A DNA stretch of 24,000 nucleotides from an uncultured bacterium (lineage in GTDB: Bacteria; Bacillota; Clostridia; Oscillospirales; Oscillospiraceae), in assembly GCA_949840775.1 (NCBI GenBank), contig CATKXO010000007.1, positions 24,744 through 48,743 of the forward strand. Reading direction: 5' to 3'. Position numbers and translations under genes: made by a program. Below are positions 22,952 to 24,000 of this stretch, in pieces (position 1 is the stretch's first letter; every line of letters begins with the position of its first letter). The notes beneath the pieces were generated by a model. The model worked only from the letters and a program-made list of their open reading frames with translations. It searched no databases and was not told the origin of the DNA.

Positions 22952-23790
22952 AGGATTTTTTCCGGCAAAACGGAATACTGCTGCTGGTCATCGCCTTTCT
23001 GCTGTCCGTCCTCATCGGAGTGCTCTCCTTTGTGATGGGCGGCCAGGCCGACCCCCTGTCCAACCTGGTCAACACCGTGGTTTCCCCGGTGCGCAGCGGC
23101 GTGTCCGCCGCCGCCGACTGGCTGGAGGGGGTATACGGCTACGTCTTCCGCTACGGCGACATGGAGCAGGAGCTCAGCGGCCTGCGCGCCCAGGTGCGGG
23201 AGCTGGAGGAGAAGGAGCGCCAGTGGGAGGAGGCCATCCGGGAGAACGAGCAGCTGCGCCAGCTGCTGGACCTTCAGGCCCGGCGGCGGGACTTTGTCTT
23301 TGAGGCGGCCAAGGTGACTGGCCGGTCCACCTTCAACTGGGAGTCCACCCTCACCCTGAGCAAGGGCTCCGACCACGGCATTGAGGCGGGGGACTGCGTC
23401 ATCACCGAGACGGGGGTGCTGGTGGGCATTGTCGCGGAGACGGGGATCAACTGGTCCACCGTGTCCACCGTCATCAACACCGGCACCGCAATCGGCGGCA
23501 TCATCACCCGCACCTACTCCGCCGGTGTGCTGGAGGGGGACTTTGCCCTGATGAACCAGGGCAGGCTGAAGCTGAACTACCTGCCCGAGGGGGCCCAGCT
23601 GGTGTCCGGGGATGAGGTGCTCACCTCCGGGCGGGGAGACATGTTCCCCTCCGGTCTGCCCGTGGGCCAGGTGGAGGGCGTGTTTACCGACCCCTCCGGC
23701 CAGACCCGCTACGCGGTGGTAAAACCCTCCGTCACCCTGGACACCCTGATCGAGGTGTTTGTAATCAAGGATTTTGAGATTGTGGAATAG
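22948..23790 (+). CDS. mreC: Rod shape-determining protein MreC
   Basis: The GTG start overlaps the maf stop (GTGA), with the RBS AAGGAG upstream. N-terminal TM segment, coiled coil (ELEEKERQWEEAIRENEQLRQLL), and a beta-rich C-terminal domain (GDEVLTSG...FPSGLPVGQV). Confidence 0.85.
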   Translation: MKDFFRQNGILLLVIAFLLSVLIGVLSFVMGGQADPLSNLVNTVVSPVRSGVSAAADWLEGVYGYVFRYGDMEQELSGLRAQVRELEEKERQWEEAIRENEQLRQLLDLQARRRDFVFEAAKVTGRSTFNWESTLTLSKGSDHGIEAGDCVITETGVLVGIVAETGINWSTVSTVINTGTAIGGIITRTYSAGVLEGDFALMNQGRLKLNYLPEGAQLVSGDEVLTSGRGDMFPSGLPVGQVEGVFTDPSGQTRYAVVKPSVTLDTLIEVFVIKDFEIVE

Positions 23791-23794
23791 TGAT

Positions 23795-23862
23795 TGTGGG
23801 GCCCGCCCCCCTGGGCGGGCCATAAATTGAGAAATGCCCCGCCCAGGGGGGCGGGGCCCACA
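23795..23862. repeat. Pair of inverted GC-rich hairpins (REP/BIME-like) between mreC and mreD
   Basis: ggcccgccc-ccct-gggcgggcc and gccccgccc-aggg-gggcggggc are separated by ataaattgagaaat. The two 27-nt arms are about 25/27 reverse-complementary. Neither is followed by a U-tract. Confidence 0.7.
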
Positions 23863-23888
23863 TAGGCAAAAGGAAAAGAGGACACCGA

Positions 23889-24000
23889 ATGACCCGCCGT
23901 GATTTCATCCACAAATGGCTTGTCTACGCCCTGGGCCTGCTGCCCGTCTGGGTGCTGGACGCCTATATCCTGCCCCGCTATCCCCTGTGGGGGGCGGTAA
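23889..24000 (+). CDS. mreD: Rod shape-determining protein MreD, N-terminal part (runs off the window)
   Basis: ATG 23889 follows the RBS AAAGGAAAAGAGG. The hydrophobic start MTRRDFIHKWLVYALGLLPVWVLDAYILPRYPLWG and the position directly after mreC support the call. Confidence 0.6.
   Translation, partial: MTRRDFIHKWLVYALGLLPVWVLDAYILPRYPLWGAV

Noticed and set aside
1-24000. CRISPR arrays, tRNA/rRNA genes, transposases, integrases and prophage structural genes.
   Set aside because: No regularly spaced direct repeats, no cloverleaf-compatible segments and no recombinase-like ORFs were seen on either strand.

Overview
High-GC chromosome segment: sampled coding lines hand-count to about 60-65% GC. 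The gene content is Firmicutes/Clostridia-type (spoIIP, a T-box leader, a DnaD/DnaI-type loader pair, zapA, maf-mreC-mreD). It probably comes from an Oscillospiraceae-like gut anaerobe, but that is inference only.

Core genes in order:
- GH13 glycosidase (5'-truncated by the window edge)
- P2-type cation ATPase (-)
- spoIIP (-)
- ileS (-) behind an Ile T-box
- rluD and lspA (-)
- DnaI/DnaC-like loader and DnaD-domain protein (-)
- zapA, U32 peptidase, a LuxE-like/LuxC-like pair, dut, maf, mreC, mreD (all +)

Short lower-GC inserts (about 32-47% GC by hand count) lie between or inside these core operons:
1. An XRE regulator, a divergent 152-aa ORF and a YefM/ParE toxin-antitoxin pair (3.9-5.35 kb).
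2. A scar that truncates a miaB-like gene and carries an orphan ribbon-helix-helix (RHH) gene (6.84-7.4 kb).
3. A 174-aa zinc-ribbon ORF sitting exactly between the Ile T-box leader and ileS.
4. A PBECR-like nuclease ORF appended 12 nt behind the loader gene.
5. An XRE regulator and a divergent 82-aa ORF with twin palindromic operators (21.6-22.2 kb).

Three same-orientation copies of a ~135-nt element with terminal inverted repeats (TIRs) and compensatory stem changes start 0-11 nt after stop codons. They bracket the luxE/luxC-like-dut block and the next gene block.

No rRNA, tRNA, CRISPR array, transposase or integrase was found. All functional calls rest on motifs recognised by eye; no database search was possible.
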